A stretch of DNA of 64,000 nucleotides. Source: Flaccisagitta enflata (taxonomy: Eukaryota). The position numbers were made by a program, and so were the translations under genes. Shown here piece after piece: positions 45,056-60,569 of this stretch. Under the pieces are notes generated by a model. It saw nothing but the letters and a program-made list of their open reading frames with translations. It had not been told where the DNA came from and did not search any database. The stretch covers positions 11,842,001-11,906,000 of the forward strand of contig OZ231126.1 in assembly GCA_965153355.1 (NCBI GenBank). Reading direction: 5' to 3'. Position 1 is the first letter of the stretch. The number at the start of each line of letters is the position of its first letter.

Positions 45056-47281
45056 AATTTGCTTCCCTGCATAATCGCCGACCAAAACATTTATGGCAAG
45101 CACAGTTGTAACGTTGCATAATGAATACTGTCATAGTCCTACTACACATAATGCAAGAACCATCACTGAAACGAGTCTCTGAATGGCGTAACCAAGGTTA
45201 CGTGACAACAAACAAAGACATCGATTGACTGGAGTCAAGAGAAGATGTTTAGGAATCTGTTCGCTCTCTTTTTTCTCTCGATAAAGTCGGTTAATTTGCA
45301 TATTGCAGTAACGTCTATTTCTCCCTTTTCCCGCTAACGTTAGAGTTTGGCATACATCGTCCACACCTAGTGACATGCCTACCTTATTTTTGAATGCCTT
45401 GAGATAGTCACTTTAGTGGTATCTAGCTAACGTTAGCTAACGTTTGAAGAAAACTGGAAAAATGTTTTTTTCCGACATAACATAACATTTTAAGACATAT
45501 TGATACTTTCCGGGTCACGGCCCATTGTGTCCGTCCGTCGGTCCGTCGGTCCGTCCGTCGGTCCGTTACGCCTCTTCTAAAATCACGCAGATGACGCATC
45601 TAGTTGCCCGATCGGGCTTGTTTAGCCGCTTGCGACTCTATAAGAGGGTGTGTCTCGTGGTCCGCGGGTAGGAAACGCAAAAATTTGGATGACGCGGAAT
45701 TGGCTGGGAAAGCGATTTCTGAGCATGACTGCTCCTGCCCTGCCACCATACAGCCCCCGCCCAATCACTAATTGCCCCTGCCTATCTGCATTACTTCCCC
45801 TGCGCACCAGCATTTCTGCCCCTGCCCACCCGCAAGCGACTACTTATTAGCCGTGTATCCGGCCTTGTTTCCCTGTGTGCAAATCATTTTCTATCTATCT
45901 GCTATCTGCTATCCGTCTATTTTTTACTTTATCCATCCATTCATTCATATATCCATTCATCCATCCATATATCCATCTATCCATCCATCGGTACGCCTAT
46001 CCAGTATCCATCCAAAGCATCTTTCAAAAGAATGAAACGAAATAAAACTAGGCATGCGGGACGTCAGTGTTGATGATGAAGAAGCGTATTTGGGCTCAGA
46101 CAACAGACAAAAGTAACATAGGTAAAATTACTTCCATTATTACCATAAGTAATATAAGTACCATAAGTAACCAAAAAGTAACTTACAGTAGGACCCCGCC
46201 TCATCTGTCCCATTGAGACTGAAGATTTTTCACCGTTATTTCAGGGTTACCTATAAAGAGAGGTGAAATCATATTAACCCTGGCCAAAAAAAAAAAATCG
46301 TACATTGCTTATTTCTACCATAACTTAGTGCTTCTTTTGATAAAGTACATAAAATCTATGACCATTCTAAAGAGCTTTGAAAAATCTTTCATCTGAGTTG
46401 TCGAACGAAATTTTAACTTGAAAACTTTAGAAGTTATGTTAATTTGAAAAAAAAGTGTCAAATTGAAACCTGCCAGATAAGGTGTTTTTTACTAACTTGA
46501 ATTCATGGACTAAAAGTCTTTATTTGATTATCATTTCTAAACGGATTGACTTAAAAAGGTCTGCTTTGCGCCATTTTGTAGATAATGAGTTATATTTTCG
46601 ATTTCCCCTAAATTTTTCTTGGTTTCCATTTGTCAGATATGTTTTTTATACTTTTAAAGACAGAACTAAAAGTACTGAATACCTTCAATTGATAGATTAT
46701 GGGGATGCTCACTTCAAACTGTTGCCATTTCTAAACGAATTGAGCTATAACTTTCTGCTTGGTCTAGATTTGAAGAACTTTCAAAGATCTTTCAAACGGT
46801 CACTGATTTTTTGTATTTTCATTGAGGTTAAGCCAGACAAACACATCAGAAACCGCCATGTACGTTTTTTTTTGCCATGGTTAACAAGGCCATGTAGGCC
46901 AATAAGGTGCAACGTGAGGATCGTCGAACAATCGCGTTACCGACCAACCAACCAACCAACCAACCAACGGACACAGCCAGTTACAGAGGTGCTTTGTCGC
47001 ACCTAAAAACTACCATTTGGGACCTCAAAATGTTGACCTTTATTGATGGGGAACATTTTTAAAGCGAGCCTGTTATTGCAGGGTTCCACTGTAATAACTC
47101 TTACCGCATGTAAATCCCGAAAAGTAAAAATTGAACAGGCGGAAATAAAGCGACGTCTTTTAGGTCGTTAATTTTGGAATGCGCGGGCGGGAAAACAAAT
47201 GTCAATCAACCTCATTAAAAATCTCGTCCACAGAAAGAAGAACAAGAATTTTATGAGTCAGATTGAATTTTCAAATACTTA

Positions 47282-49397
47282 CAGTACGAGAATCAAAGAA
47301 CTGGGTAACTGGAGGGAAGCCATATCTGTAAAACGACTAGGATTCATGATCAAATTTTTTACCACAAAATGCACCAATAGGTGTACTATGTTGTTTAAGG
47401 TTTTGGATCCATTCCAACAAATTCATTTTTTTTTGTCCAAAAATTTTATTTTCAGTTTTTGGCTGATTTTGACCACAAAAATTACATTAAAAAAAAAAAT
47501 TCTTTCATGTGTATATTAGTTAGATAGTTTGACACAAATTTCATTTCTTGTTGGGGATTTTCCGCCAATTTTTGTGGCTATGGCACCCAAAACACACAAA
47601 AAGTGAGATATTTCCTAAGATTTTAAATAAAATCCTTTGATTTTTGGTGTGGTAGTAGTTTTAGGATTCACTAATAAGTGTGCAAAATTTCAGCTCTTAA
47701 AATGAATTTTTGATACAGTTATGAAATTTTAAATTTTTCACAAAATGCAATGTAGGACGATTTTTGGTAAAAGATTTTTTTTTCAAATAAGAAATTTTGC
47801 CAATTGTTATTTTTTGATAAAATAAATAACAAATTATCAATTTCAAAAAAAATTTTTGAACTAGCCCTCTTATTAAAAAAAAATTTTTCTCAAAATTTGT
47901 GAAAATGACCCATTTTTTGAAGTTGAATAAAAACTGTTCCTGTCATCCGATCATCTTCATTTTTGGTGGAATTGTTACCTGTTATCTACCCTAACTTCAC
48001 CTAAAATTTGAGCTCACTGCGACTAACGGTTGCGGAGATATTGACGTTCAAAGTTACTTTGTCAGAGCAAAATCAGCAAAATTGGCATTTTGGCCATTTT
48101 TGAGCTTTTATAAAATTGTATTTTCCTTCACACACCTCAGTTTTGGCTGAAGTTACTCATTTTTATGCATATATTCATATTGCAACATTTCACACTTGTC
48201 AGTCAAGCCGTGTAACAGTTATGGTGGTGCAAAGTTTCAAAAAATGCAAATTTTTCAATCAAATCTTAGGCAGAAAAATCAGCGATAATTTTTCAAAAAA
48301 AGGTCTCCAAAAGGGGGGGGGTCCAAAAAATTAGAAATTATTTTATTTTCCTAACTCAAAAACCCTGATTAAAACTTTTTTTTCAATTTTGAAAAATTTT
48401 CACAGTAGTTTTTGTTGAAAAAGTTGCATTTTTGAAACTTTGGACAACTATAACTGTAAGACGGCTTAACTGACAAGTGTGAAATTTTGGAACATGAATA
48501 TTTGCATAAACATGAGTAACTTCAGTCAAAATGGAGGTGTGTGAAGGAAAAATTACAATTTTATGCAAGCTCAAAAATGGCCAAAATGCCAATTTTGCTT
48601 GTTTTTGCTCTGACAAAGTAACTTTGAACGTCAATATCTCCACGACCGTTAGTGGCAGTGAGCTCAAATTTTAGGTGAAGTTAGGGTAGATAACAGGTAA
48701 CAACTCCACCAAAAATGAAGATGATCGGATGACAGGAAAAGTTTTATTCAACTTCAAAAAATGGGTCATTTTCACAAATTTTGAGAAAAAAAAATTTTTT
48801 AAGAGGGCTAGTTCAAATTTTTTTTTAGAAACTCTTAATTTGTTATTTATCTTATCAAAAAATAACAATTGACAAATTTTTTTATTTGAAAAAAAAAAAA
48901 TTTTGACCAAAAAACGTCCTACATTGCATTTTGTGAAAAATTTAAAATTTCATAAATGTATCAAAAATTCATTTTAAGAACTGAAATTTTGCACACTTAT
49001 TAGTGAATCCTAAAACTACTACCACACCAAAAATCAAGGGATTTTGTTGAAAATCTTAGGAAATATCCCACTTTTTGTGTTTTTTGAGTTTTGGGTGCCA
49101 TAGCCACAAATATTGGCGGAAAATCCCCAACAAAAAAATGAAATTTGAGTTGACGCATCTAACCAACATACATATGAAAGAATTTTTTTTTAGTGTGATT
49201 TTTGTGGTCAAAATCAGCCTAAAAGAGAAAAAAAATTTTTGGACAAAAAAAAATGAATTTGTTGGAATGGCTCCAAAACCTTAAACAACATAGTACACGT
49301 ATAGGTGCATTTTGTGGTAAAAAATTTGATCATGAATCCTAGCCGTTTTACAGATATGGCTTCCCTCCAGTTACCCAGTTCTTTGATTCTCGTACTG
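47282..49397. mobile_element. 2.1-kb foldback element with ~1-kb inverted arms, TA-flanked
   Basis: TA|CAGTACGAGAATCAAAGAACTGGGTAACTGGAGGGAAGCC ... GGCTTCCCTCCAGTTACCCAGTTCTTTGATTCTCGTACTG|TA; arms match inward to ~48300/48380. Confidence 0.92.
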
Positions 49398-50280
49398 TAA
49401 CTTCTTAACCTTTACAGAGCATTTAGATATACTTACAGACCATTTATTGAGCATTTTCTGCCTCTATGACCGGGCACTTGAGCTTCACAAGAGAAGGACT
49501 TGATGGAATCGTGAATGATGAATAAAGCAGCTATTGTCGATATTGAACTAATGACATAACTCATTCCAAACTTGTTGGAAAAACTAAAAGCGCGTTTCTA
49601 ATCACAGTAAATCACGTTTTTATCGGGCCATTCACACCACTGCATTCACTCCAGTGACTCCACTTACTTGCTCCGCAACACTGCGCTTGCTTTTCTTGCT
49701 CACTTTTTTGCTCGCTCCATTCAAGGGCTCGCTCGCTCCTCTCCTCGTACAATTATTGAAATTCATATGCGTTCACGCCAAAAATGTGTTTTCTGTCATC
49801 ACCAGAAACACGCATTAATGGCGAATGAGCTCTAACGAGAATTTACGGTATATGCGTCACTCTCGTTTTAGTCCTGACATGATTATCCACTTCTTGTTAC
49901 GCGCGCCCAAGCATTTCGCGTCCTTGAAATGTCATGTTTATGCGTCCATCAGTTGGTCGGTTGGTCAGGCACAATGTTTCACGGTTCCAAATTTCTTGGC
50001 CTTACTGATCAAAATCATGCGAGAGTACATTGCGCACGAATCGAGAGTCGTCAAATAACTCATATACAGACTTACAGACTAACAGACTTACAGTTTGTTG
50101 AAATGACTCAATTACCCCGATCATTCCTGTTTTGTAATTTGAGCTGGTAATGACAAAGGTATGCACGAAATGCGCCTGATAAACACAATATGACTTTTAA
50201 TCACTTTTATTTCCTTGGTAAGCAGAAAAAAAAATGATAATGAGACTACTCTGATCTCAGTCATTTACTAATAACGATAG

Positions 50281-51060
<780 letters not shown>

Positions 51061-51477
51061 AACGGCATAATGGGTGGACGAAAGGAGATGGTATAAAACG
51101 TTTCTTAGGTTGCTTGCTAAGCAACTTAACAAGAAAGTGTGTCTATCGGTCCGTTTTTAGGTATGACACACTTTTGCTATTGATTACCATCCTACGTTTA
51201 GAGGCTGCGCTTACGGAAGAACTATTTTTAGATGCAGACACTCGACTCAATAAGCCTCATTTTAGTTGGTCCGCTGGTCGGGCCATTGCATTGGTCAGTT
51301 GGTCAGAAAATCCCTTCTTGACACTTTTTACGTGTTTAATCTTGAAGAAATTGATCAACTTGAAAAATCTCGGTCTTCGTCTACAAGAGGACCACACTTA
51401 GAAAATTAGGGAATGTCTTGTTTTCGACGCCTCTAATTTGACTCATTCTCGTTCATCTCTTGCGCATCGAAATATTG

Positions 51478-51840
51478 AGGTTAGGGTTAGGGATTGGTTG
51501 GGGGTAGTTTGGGGATGGGGGGTTTAGGGTTGGGAGATTAAGAGGTAGGGGTTGTTGTTGGGGGGATAAGGGGTAGGGGAAGGTGGGTAGTAAGGGGTAG
51601 GGTTGGGTTTAGGGGTAGGGTTAGGTTTATGGTTAGGGTTAGGGTTGGGTTTAGGGGTAGGGTTGGGTTTAGGGGTAGGTGGGGTTTAGGGGTAGGGGGG
51701 TTGTGGGGAGGATTAGGGGTAGGGGAAGGTGGGGAGTAAGAGGTAGGGTTGGGTTTAGGGGTAGGGTTGGGTTTAGGGGTAGGGTTAGGTTTCGGGGTAG
51801 GGGGGTTTCAGGATAGGGGGGTTAAGGGGTAGGATTGGTT
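51478..51840 (+). repeat. Degenerate telomere-like G-rich tract (TTAGGG/GTAGGG/TTGGG)
   Basis: GGTTAGGGTTAGGG and TTTAGGGGTAGGGTTGGG units; strong G-strand bias. Confidence 0.8.
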
Positions 51841-53344
51841 GAATTTCTTCATTTTTTTTTTCAGTTAAGTACCAGTGCACACTGCTTGGCGAAAAAAAAT
51901 CGGTTACAGACGCTAGAAAAGGTGTGGTCCTCTTGTAAACCTTTGTCAAAATCTCCATAATCAAAATCATAATCACATCTGTCTGTCTAAAATTTGTCTT
52001 CTCTTCTAGGAAAGAACATCACATTCTACAAATTAAAAAAAGCTGGTTTATCGAACAAAAACATTTAATGCTATTCCGGGACTAAGGCAAAAAATTGGAG
52101 GCCACTGAGAAAATGATACATTTTGATTGCCAATTTTGATTTTTAAGATAAAAGATCATCATCAGATGATTACGGTGTGATTCATGAACAGAATTGCCTT
52201 ACTTACGCCCTCTTGCTACATTGGATTAAGGGGAGGGAGGCGCTAGTGAGTCTTATCTATTCATAATACAAGCAATATGGTAGTTTAAAGACAATCTTGT
52301 TTTAGCTACCGTGGGTATAGCGATGCGATAACCTTTTTTTTCCAAGATAGTAGAGATTTTTTTTATTGTCTTTCTCTACTTACTATTTCTTTCGAACTTC
52401 ACAAAAAAATTTGCGAAATCTTTGAATGAAATTTCGCTGTGAATTTCGAATTGTTAAATCAGGATTCAAAAAAGGCGGAAGACCACCGTTGTTTGGTCAC
52501 CCTGACGACACAACAATGGAATTGAATCTTATTTCAACTTCATTAGTGATGATCTTCATCTGGCTGTATTGGTAATTTTTTCTCCTTTTTTATGTGCGTC
52601 CTCGCACATCTTTAAGAGGTCATGTCTGTCCGTTGGTCGGTCGGTTGGTCAGTCGGTCGATCGGTTCGTCACACAAACGTTAACATCACGCAAAACAATT
52701 TTTTCATTCCTGTAGCTAGAACGCCTTCCCACTTCCATTTTCATTCGGTGCATTATATCAAACATTCATTCAAAACATTCATCCATCAAAAACAATCATC
52801 TAAGTACCTTCGTCACCATGCTGCTTTTAGACCTGAGTGTCAGTTAAATCATCTGAAAGAATGCTTCATGAATGCGTTTTGAAAGATCTCTTTACTTTTC
52901 ATATTTTTTAAAGAATTTTGCCATCGAAATCTAGTGATACAGTTAAATCCCACTTCAATTCAACAGAATTTTTTTACGTATCAATTTTATCTGTTAAAGA
53001 CAGAATTCTGTTAAGATTAAAAGAAAACAGGCCGAAGGGACAAGGAATCAGCATCTGTTCGTTAGAGGCTTGGAGTGGGGTCTAACGGTAGTACATCATC
53101 TGATCAAAGTGTTGAGAATTCTATGTCTTTAATAATTAACTTTTGTGTGAGATGAAAGAATTCGTGAACTATAATGTATGGAGTAACCATTGGGAGCCTT
53201 CTGGTAATAGAAATACTTCGATTCATCAAAAAGACTTGATGCATCAGAGAGGGCATTCCAGAAATTGATTGATGCCAGGGGAGATGAATTAAAGAACCTT
53301 CCATGTGTTTGTTAATTCCGATGAATTCTTCATTGAAAAAAGCC

Positions 53345-53391
53345 GAATTACGTAATTCGGGGGGTGTGGAGCCCCCTGCTTTTCACGCACG

Positions 53392-53468
<77 letters not shown>

Positions 53469-53642
53469 TCAACCGCAGAACCTAAAAAACACATTTTTAC
53501 ACATTTTAACTAGAATGTGAACCAACAAACCAAATTAGGGGTACAATATAGATGGACAATAGATACCCAAGTTTACGTAATTCGGGGGGTGGGGAGCCCC
53601 CTGCTTTTCACACACACATACACCAACACACATACACAAACA

Positions 53643-53713
<71 letters not shown>

Positions 53714-53760
53714 TCAACCGCAGCACCTAAAACACACATTTTTACACCTTTTAACTAGAA
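53345..53760. repeat. Direct duplication of a (CA)n-containing unit
   Basis: TTACGTAATTCGGGGGGTG.GGAGCCCCCTGCTTTTCAC..(CA)n..CTGTCAACCGCAG..TTTTAACTAGAA occurs twice. Confidence 0.85.
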
Positions 53761-54409
53761 AGGACGGAGCCCCTTGTCCATATTCAAAAGATAAATGATA
53801 TTGCAGCCTTAAATGAATAATGCTTACGATATAGATACCAATTCAATTCACCCTCAGTTTCTAATTCTATTCATGTTCATGATATTGTACTACAGCTGTA
53901 CTAGTACGGAGACAAAAGTACAAAGTGAATTTGAGGAAAAAAATGAAAGTTCTGTCGTTAAGAATGGAAACAATATTATCAAGAGGACATTTGATATTTT
54001 TTCTAACTTCAAACGGAGTCCTTGGAAAATTCGTCACAGACAACGCAATGGTAACATTTATTTGTTTGTCAAATCCTTTGAAAAATCTCTCTAACTTGCT
54101 ATATTTGTCGGTCTGTCAGTCGATTGATCTTTCCGTCTTTCCATCTGTCCGTAAGTAACAATCGATACGAGACAGGAATTTTAGAAGGATTTATTTTCAA
54201 CAAATGGTTAAACAATTCAACTTAACTTTTAGTAGATGATCTGAGCCCATCAACTGAATATGCCAAGAATGCCCCTGCCTAGCTGTCTGCAAAAGATAAT
54301 GGTTGCACCCTTACCAATCTATCTTCTCATTCGAAGTAAAATGAAGCTCTGCAAATGAATTATTGAAGCGGTTTTTTTGGTTACTCTGTGAGCACGTCCA
54401 TCAATTGTG

Positions 54410-55924
54410 CAGTAGATCTCGTCTAGACTTGAGATAACGGGGGCAAGCATTGTTGAAAAACGAATGAAGCTAGAGGACGATATTTAGATCATTGACTAAT
54501 CAAAGGATACTTAATTCGCCATGATAGCTGGTTGCGATGGAAACACATTTCCATGTATTCTAGCTATAATATCAATATTTTGAGAGATTTTTTTAGGGAA
54601 TATTGCTTAAAATCAAATTTGCTCCAACTTTCCCACAGTATGTTCAGTAAGAATAACACTATTTTGGCCGTTGCTAGGTAGCGTAACCTTGGGGAAATAA
54701 AAAATGGCGGAATTTTGAAAACTAATTCTATCTACCTTAAATTGAGAAAAACAAATTGAAATCGGTGATGTTTAGAAAGCTCTTTGAAAGATCTTTCATT
54801 TGAGTGGTGTCTGGGAACGCTGGCTCAAACCGTTTAGAAGTTAGAGCTATTTGAATGAGACTACCCCTTTTCTGCTCTGACCTCATGTCAAGAATGATTG
54901 CTCAAAAATGAATATCAAAAAACCATAGTAAAAATTCTCTGATTTTGATGAAATTTGAACTGAAAGCAATACATACCTTCATCTAACAGCTCCTAAAAAA
55001 TTATCCAAATCGGACAACTCTTTCTATCCTTTTTATCATGAGAAAGATTTTGAAATTTTCAAGAAAAACCCGAGATAATGAGATAACAACCTGTCTCTTT
55101 TTAAATCATTTTGACTATGAAAATTTGACAAAAATCACATCAAATTCATGACGGTTTTACCTGGATCATCAAAGAAAATTTTTTGTTCGGACAGTAGTGA
55201 AATAAACGCAACTAAAGCAAAGGATGTCAATTTTGGTCTGTTTTTCTGAGATCTGGAATAAAAAGATATGAAAACCATAGTAAAAATCATCCAATTAACA
55301 CAAAAATTGAACTGGTATGAGAGGACATACAACTTAGTTACCACCTAAAATTTTGTGGCCATCGGATAAAGTCTTCTATCATTTTTATGACTTTAAATTT
55401 TTTTCCGATTCCTTTTCATTGAGATACGGGCAGACCAGAAAATGAGTACTCTTATTCAAATCCCTGTAGCTTCCAAACCATTTGAGCTAAAATTTCCAGA
55501 CACGACCCAAATGAAAGATCTTTCGAAGAGCTTTCCAGGCATCACCAATTTTAACCTATATTTCTTGCGTTGAGGTTCAGAAGAAAGGTTTTAAAGATCC
55601 GCCATTTTTTATTTCCCCAAGGTTATCTATGTATGATAACCCCTAGCAACCGCTAAACGAGCGACATTCTTACAGAATATACTGTGGGAAAGTTGTAGTA
55701 AATTTGATTCCCTCAATTTGATTCCCTCAAAAAATTCCCTCAAATTTGATTCCCTCAAAAAATTTCTCAAAATATTGATATGTTAACAAAAATACATGAA
55801 AATGCAACCAGCTATCATGGGCAATAAAGCATCTTTTTATTATATTTCAAATATCACCATCTTAACCTAATTTGTTTTTCTACAATTCTTGCCCTGTTAT
55901 CTCAAGTCCAGACGAGATCTACTG
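54410..55924. mobile_element. CAGTAGAT-family MITE containing a nested TA-flanked TIR element (54686-55623)
   Basis: Outer CAGTAGATCTCGTCT / AGACGAGATCTACTG; inner TA|ACCTTGGGGAAATAAAAAATGGCGG ... CCGCCATTTTTTATTTCCCCAAGGT|TA. Confidence 0.85.
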
Positions 55925-58207
55925 TACCTGCTCATGATGCGATTCTTGATCAGTTGATGCTGACATAAAAACCTTAAACTTGTGATTCAAATGTTCGAGG
56001 CAGACTGGCAAAGGGGCCTGAACTTGAGAAGTGGACAAGATTATTACGATTATTACGACTATTACAACTATCTGCAGTCAATGGCAGCAAGCTCATCCAT
56101 TCAAACTGGAGGTACGATTTCTCCAAAAAGAAATTTCCCATATCAGTCAAATGACCATATTCTAGCCAGCGCTTCTTCCTAGGTTTTACTCTATCCAGTT
56201 CAAAGATCAAATTGCACAATTTAGAACAAAGATCTTTAACTTCAATTACTCTTTCCAGTAGAAAAATCAGGGATACTCTGTGACTGTGGCTGCAAAGTCA
56301 CACTTTTTCTCAACCAAAAACATGACTCAAAATCAAGAATGCTTTATTGGAGGAAAAGTTACTGAAATTCCAATCTTTTATTTCATTCCTAAGTGAAGTG
56401 CTTAGACACAGGCAGACTGACACATCAAATGACAAAATCTTTGTGAAAGCATCTTTGGATGAATCAAGTATCTTAGAACACTTTTCAGCCACCTGATGAC
56501 CCCAAAACCCACATTTTTAGTCGCTTGCTACGCGACTCTACACCCCGCTATGTCGGTCGGTCGGTCAGTCGGTCTGTCGGTCGGTTGGTCCGTCGGTCCG
56601 TCGGTCCGTCGGTCCGTCGGTCCCCTTTTTACTTTTTTGGCGTTTTTGAGCTTTTTGAGCATACGGCTCCTGCCCAGATGCCCTATTGACCTTCTCCAGC
56701 ACTGCTCCTGCCCACCCGTACGCGACTAAGGTAGCCGTGTATCCGGCCTTGTTTCTATTTATTCATGTGAACTGATCGGATGACTTATGCAGACCCTACA
56801 TTTTTCCACCAATGGTAACTACAATTGCTGTATTCTGACAAAGAGAAAAACAAGCCCAATAGGCCAACAGTTGCATGCTTTGTTTTAACTATGGCAAAAA
56901 CAAACAAAAAAAAACAAATTTTGAGAGAGCAAAAATGTATGAAGATGTTGACCAATTTGTATAAAATCTACAGTGAATGATAACCATGATTTGGACTATG
57001 TCTTACTAAATTTCATCAAAATCCGTTGAAAACTTTAGCCATTATTATGTTTTTACTGAAGTCACCTCTTTTTTGGACTGCCAGAGATGACGTTTATCCT
57101 GAATCAAAATGATACTATTTTTAGTATAATTGGCATTGTGCAAAAGTTTTGGGTAATTTGTCATGATTTTTGAACTGTACTCTGATGGTGCTATTTACTA
57201 ATACTAAGCTATTTACTAATACTAAGCAAAATTTGCTTCTACTCAGATAAAGTCTAGTGGGATAGATATTGGTTGATTGTAAGCTTGCTCAGGATAAGAA
57301 ATATTCTGCCACCTGTTTGAATATTTTTGCGATTTGGGGGACTAAAAATGCTTTAATCTTCACAAAAGTTTTACTGGAGATGAACCATATGTACAAAAGT
57401 TACCAGTTAAAAAATCATGATAATTGGTAATAAACTATGGCCTTAGCATTGATTTATATTTCAGATTTCATCTTCATTTACTTCATTCTTTATAGGAGCC
57501 TTTGTCCGTCCGTCCATCTGTCCGTCCGTCCATTCGTCCGTCCGTCCGTCCGTCCGTCCGTCCGTCCGTCTGTCCGTCCGTCCGTCCGTCCGTCCATCCG
57601 TCTGTCCGTCCGTCCGTCCGTCCGTCCATCCGTCCGTCCGTCCGTCTGTCTGTCTGTCTGTCCGTCCGTCCGTCCGTCGGTCCGTTGGTGAGCACGAGTC
57701 GAAAAGTGTGAAAACCTGCATATCCGCCCCTGCCCACCCGTCCGCAACTGGTATGGCTGTGTATCCCGCCTTGTTTTATTCATTCTTTGTAAATTCTCAT
57801 GTGTGTATATTGAATTTCTGATCATCTAACAAGCGCTTTTAAAAAATCTATAAATCAATAACTATTTATAGCAGGTCATTGATATTTTCAGTGATGCTTG
57901 ATGATACTAAAAAGTAACTTCAATAAAGATTTCAGCACGCTAGGTGAATTTTCAAAGGATTTATGAGCAAAAGAAGTAACTGTTTGGTTTTTTTTTTGCC
58001 ATAGTTACAGTGACACAACACAACTGCATGCATAGATTATCCTTTCCTTCCTCTATTTTGTCCTTCCTTCCTCCCTACCTCCCTCCCTTCCTCCCTTCCC
58101 TTCTTCCTTCCTTTCTTCCATTCTGTCTTTCCTTCTTTCTTTCATCCATCCCCCCCTCCCTCCCTTTGTTTTGTCCTTTTTAAGTCGCGTGCTACGCGAC
58201 TCTACAC

Positions 58208-59632
58208 TTGACAGTATGTTTCCCCCCTTGTGTGCTCAAAACCTGTGTACCCAACCGTTTTTGATTATTTTTACAATATTTTTACCTAGATCAAAAAAGA
58301 TTTGGGATCTTTGATCCATTTTAGGGACCGCGAGTTCCATTTATTTATCACCACTCAATGGCGGTTGTGGTGAAAATGTTGAAATTCAGTCACTTTGGGC
58401 TCCAAATTGGGCCACTTTGCTTTTGAAATTTGACCTAAAATCCATGAGATTATGAAACTTGAGCTCAAGAGCTAACCAGTGGTGCAATCCGCATGTTGCT
58501 ATCATTTTTTGTTAAGATTTGAGCGCTTTTCAAAGATGGAATGGTATGTGAGTTTTTTTACCAGATGAATTTAGTGGTCAATTTTAACATTTTTTACAAT
58601 TTTTTATATATATCCGCTTTGGATGGACAAATTTAGATGAAATTGGTGACCAAATTGAAGAGTTTTTGATGCTCTAACTGAATCTGGTAAAATTTTTGAT
58701 CGATATGACCCTCAAAATTTTTGGGAGACTCTAAAAGCAGGTGCTAAAAAGTGAATTTTTTCACCATGTTGGCTACTTTGGTAAAAAAAATTGGGCACTT
58801 ACAGGTAGAAAAAGACAAAAAATTCATGGGCAAATTAAACTACCGTTCAAGATCTAACCAGTGGTGCAATCGGCATGCCAATATTTTGAAGCATATAGAT
58901 TGGGCAGAGCTTTTAGGCTCACAATGACCAAAAAATGTCATTTAATCATACCCATCGATCTTTGAAGCTCTGCTAAATCTATATGCTTCAACATATTGAC
59001 ATGCCAATTGCACCACAGGTTATATCTTGAACTGTAGTTTAATTTGCCCATGAATTTTTTGTCTTTTTCTATTTTGGAAGTGCCCAAATGTTTTGACCAA
59101 AGTAGCCAAAATGGTGAAAAAATTCATTTTTTAGCACTTAATTCTAGAGTCTCCCAAAAATTTGGAGGATCATATCAATTAGAGCATCAAAAACTTTGGT
59201 CACCAATTTCATCTAAATTTGTCCATCCAAAGCGGAGATATATCAAAAATTGTAAAAAATGTCAAAATTGACCACCTGGTAAAAAAACCCTCATACCCCT
59301 CCATCTTTAAAAAGCTCTCAAATCTTAGCAAAAAATGTTAGCAACATGCGGATTGCACCACTGGTTGGCTCTTGAGCTCTAGTTTTATAATCTCATGGAT
59401 TTTGGGTCAAATTAAAAAACCGAAGTGGCCCAATTTTGAGCCCAAAGTGACCAGATTTCAACATTTTCACCACAACCACCTTTGAGTGGTGATAAATAAA
59501 CGGCACTCCCGGTCCCTAAAATGGATCAAAGATCGCAAATCTCTTTTGTTCTAGGTAGTAATATTATAAAAATAATCAAAAACGATCTGGTTCATAGGTT
59601 TTGAGCACATTAGGGGGAAAACATACCGTCAA
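58208..59632. mobile_element. Foldback element with 8-9-bp TSD inserted in a family A element
   Basis: TTGACAGTATGTTT / AAACATACCGTCAA termini; CTCTACAC duplicated at 58200-58207 and 59633-59640; ~700-bp inverted arms. Confidence 0.88.
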
Positions 59633-60569
59633 CTCTACACCCCGCTATGTTGGTCCATTGGTTGGTCGGTCAGTTGGTCCCCTTTTTTACTTTTTCGACT
59701 TTTTTGAGCTTTTTGAGCATATGGCTCCTGCCCAGACGCCATGCTGACCTCCAGCAGTGCTCCTGCCCACCCGCACGCGACTAGGGTAGCCGTGTATCCG
59801 GCCTTGTTCCCCTCCAAGGCTGTGGGATATGTTATTGGGTACTGTATCAAAACAACATCTATACAGTATCCATTCCATATCAATATAATATTGATAAGAT
59901 ATTGATATGACATTGATACAATATGATACAATTTGATACAATACTATATCCATACAATATGCTATGGATTCAATATCGATACAATACTATACAATTCGAT
60001 AGGATACAATACTCACGATATCAATACAATATTGTTACAATATTGATACAATCTAACACCCAACACCCAATAGTTTCCTAGTAAAAAAAACTCTTGAAAC
60101 AACTTATTTGACCTTAAAATACGCAAAAAAGTCAAAGATTTAGAATTGTGATAGATGGAGGGATCAACTGACAGACATACCGACCAACCAACAGAGCAAA
60201 GTGTAGAGTTGCGTGCACAAGACTAAAGTGAAGAAATGGAAACTCAAACAAAGAATACCGTCTTTTCACCGAGATGCCCTCTATTAAAAATTCATTTTTC
60301 CTATTGCGGTACCTAAAAATAGTGATATTCTCAAATTTCTAGGAGAATAATGAAAGTTATCAATGACGCCCCACGAAAATCAAAAAGACGGAAGCAAAAG
60401 CTGACGGGAAAATTATTTTTTCAGCTAAAAAATCAACAATCAATGGTAGTTATTTTTTTTTCAAAATGATTCATAGTAGTAACCCTGACAGAAGCTTGCA
60501 GCGCTTTCTATGATGACTGATGCCTCTCTATTTTTGTGTTGAGCGAAGGTGCTCCAGCATGTTAAAACA

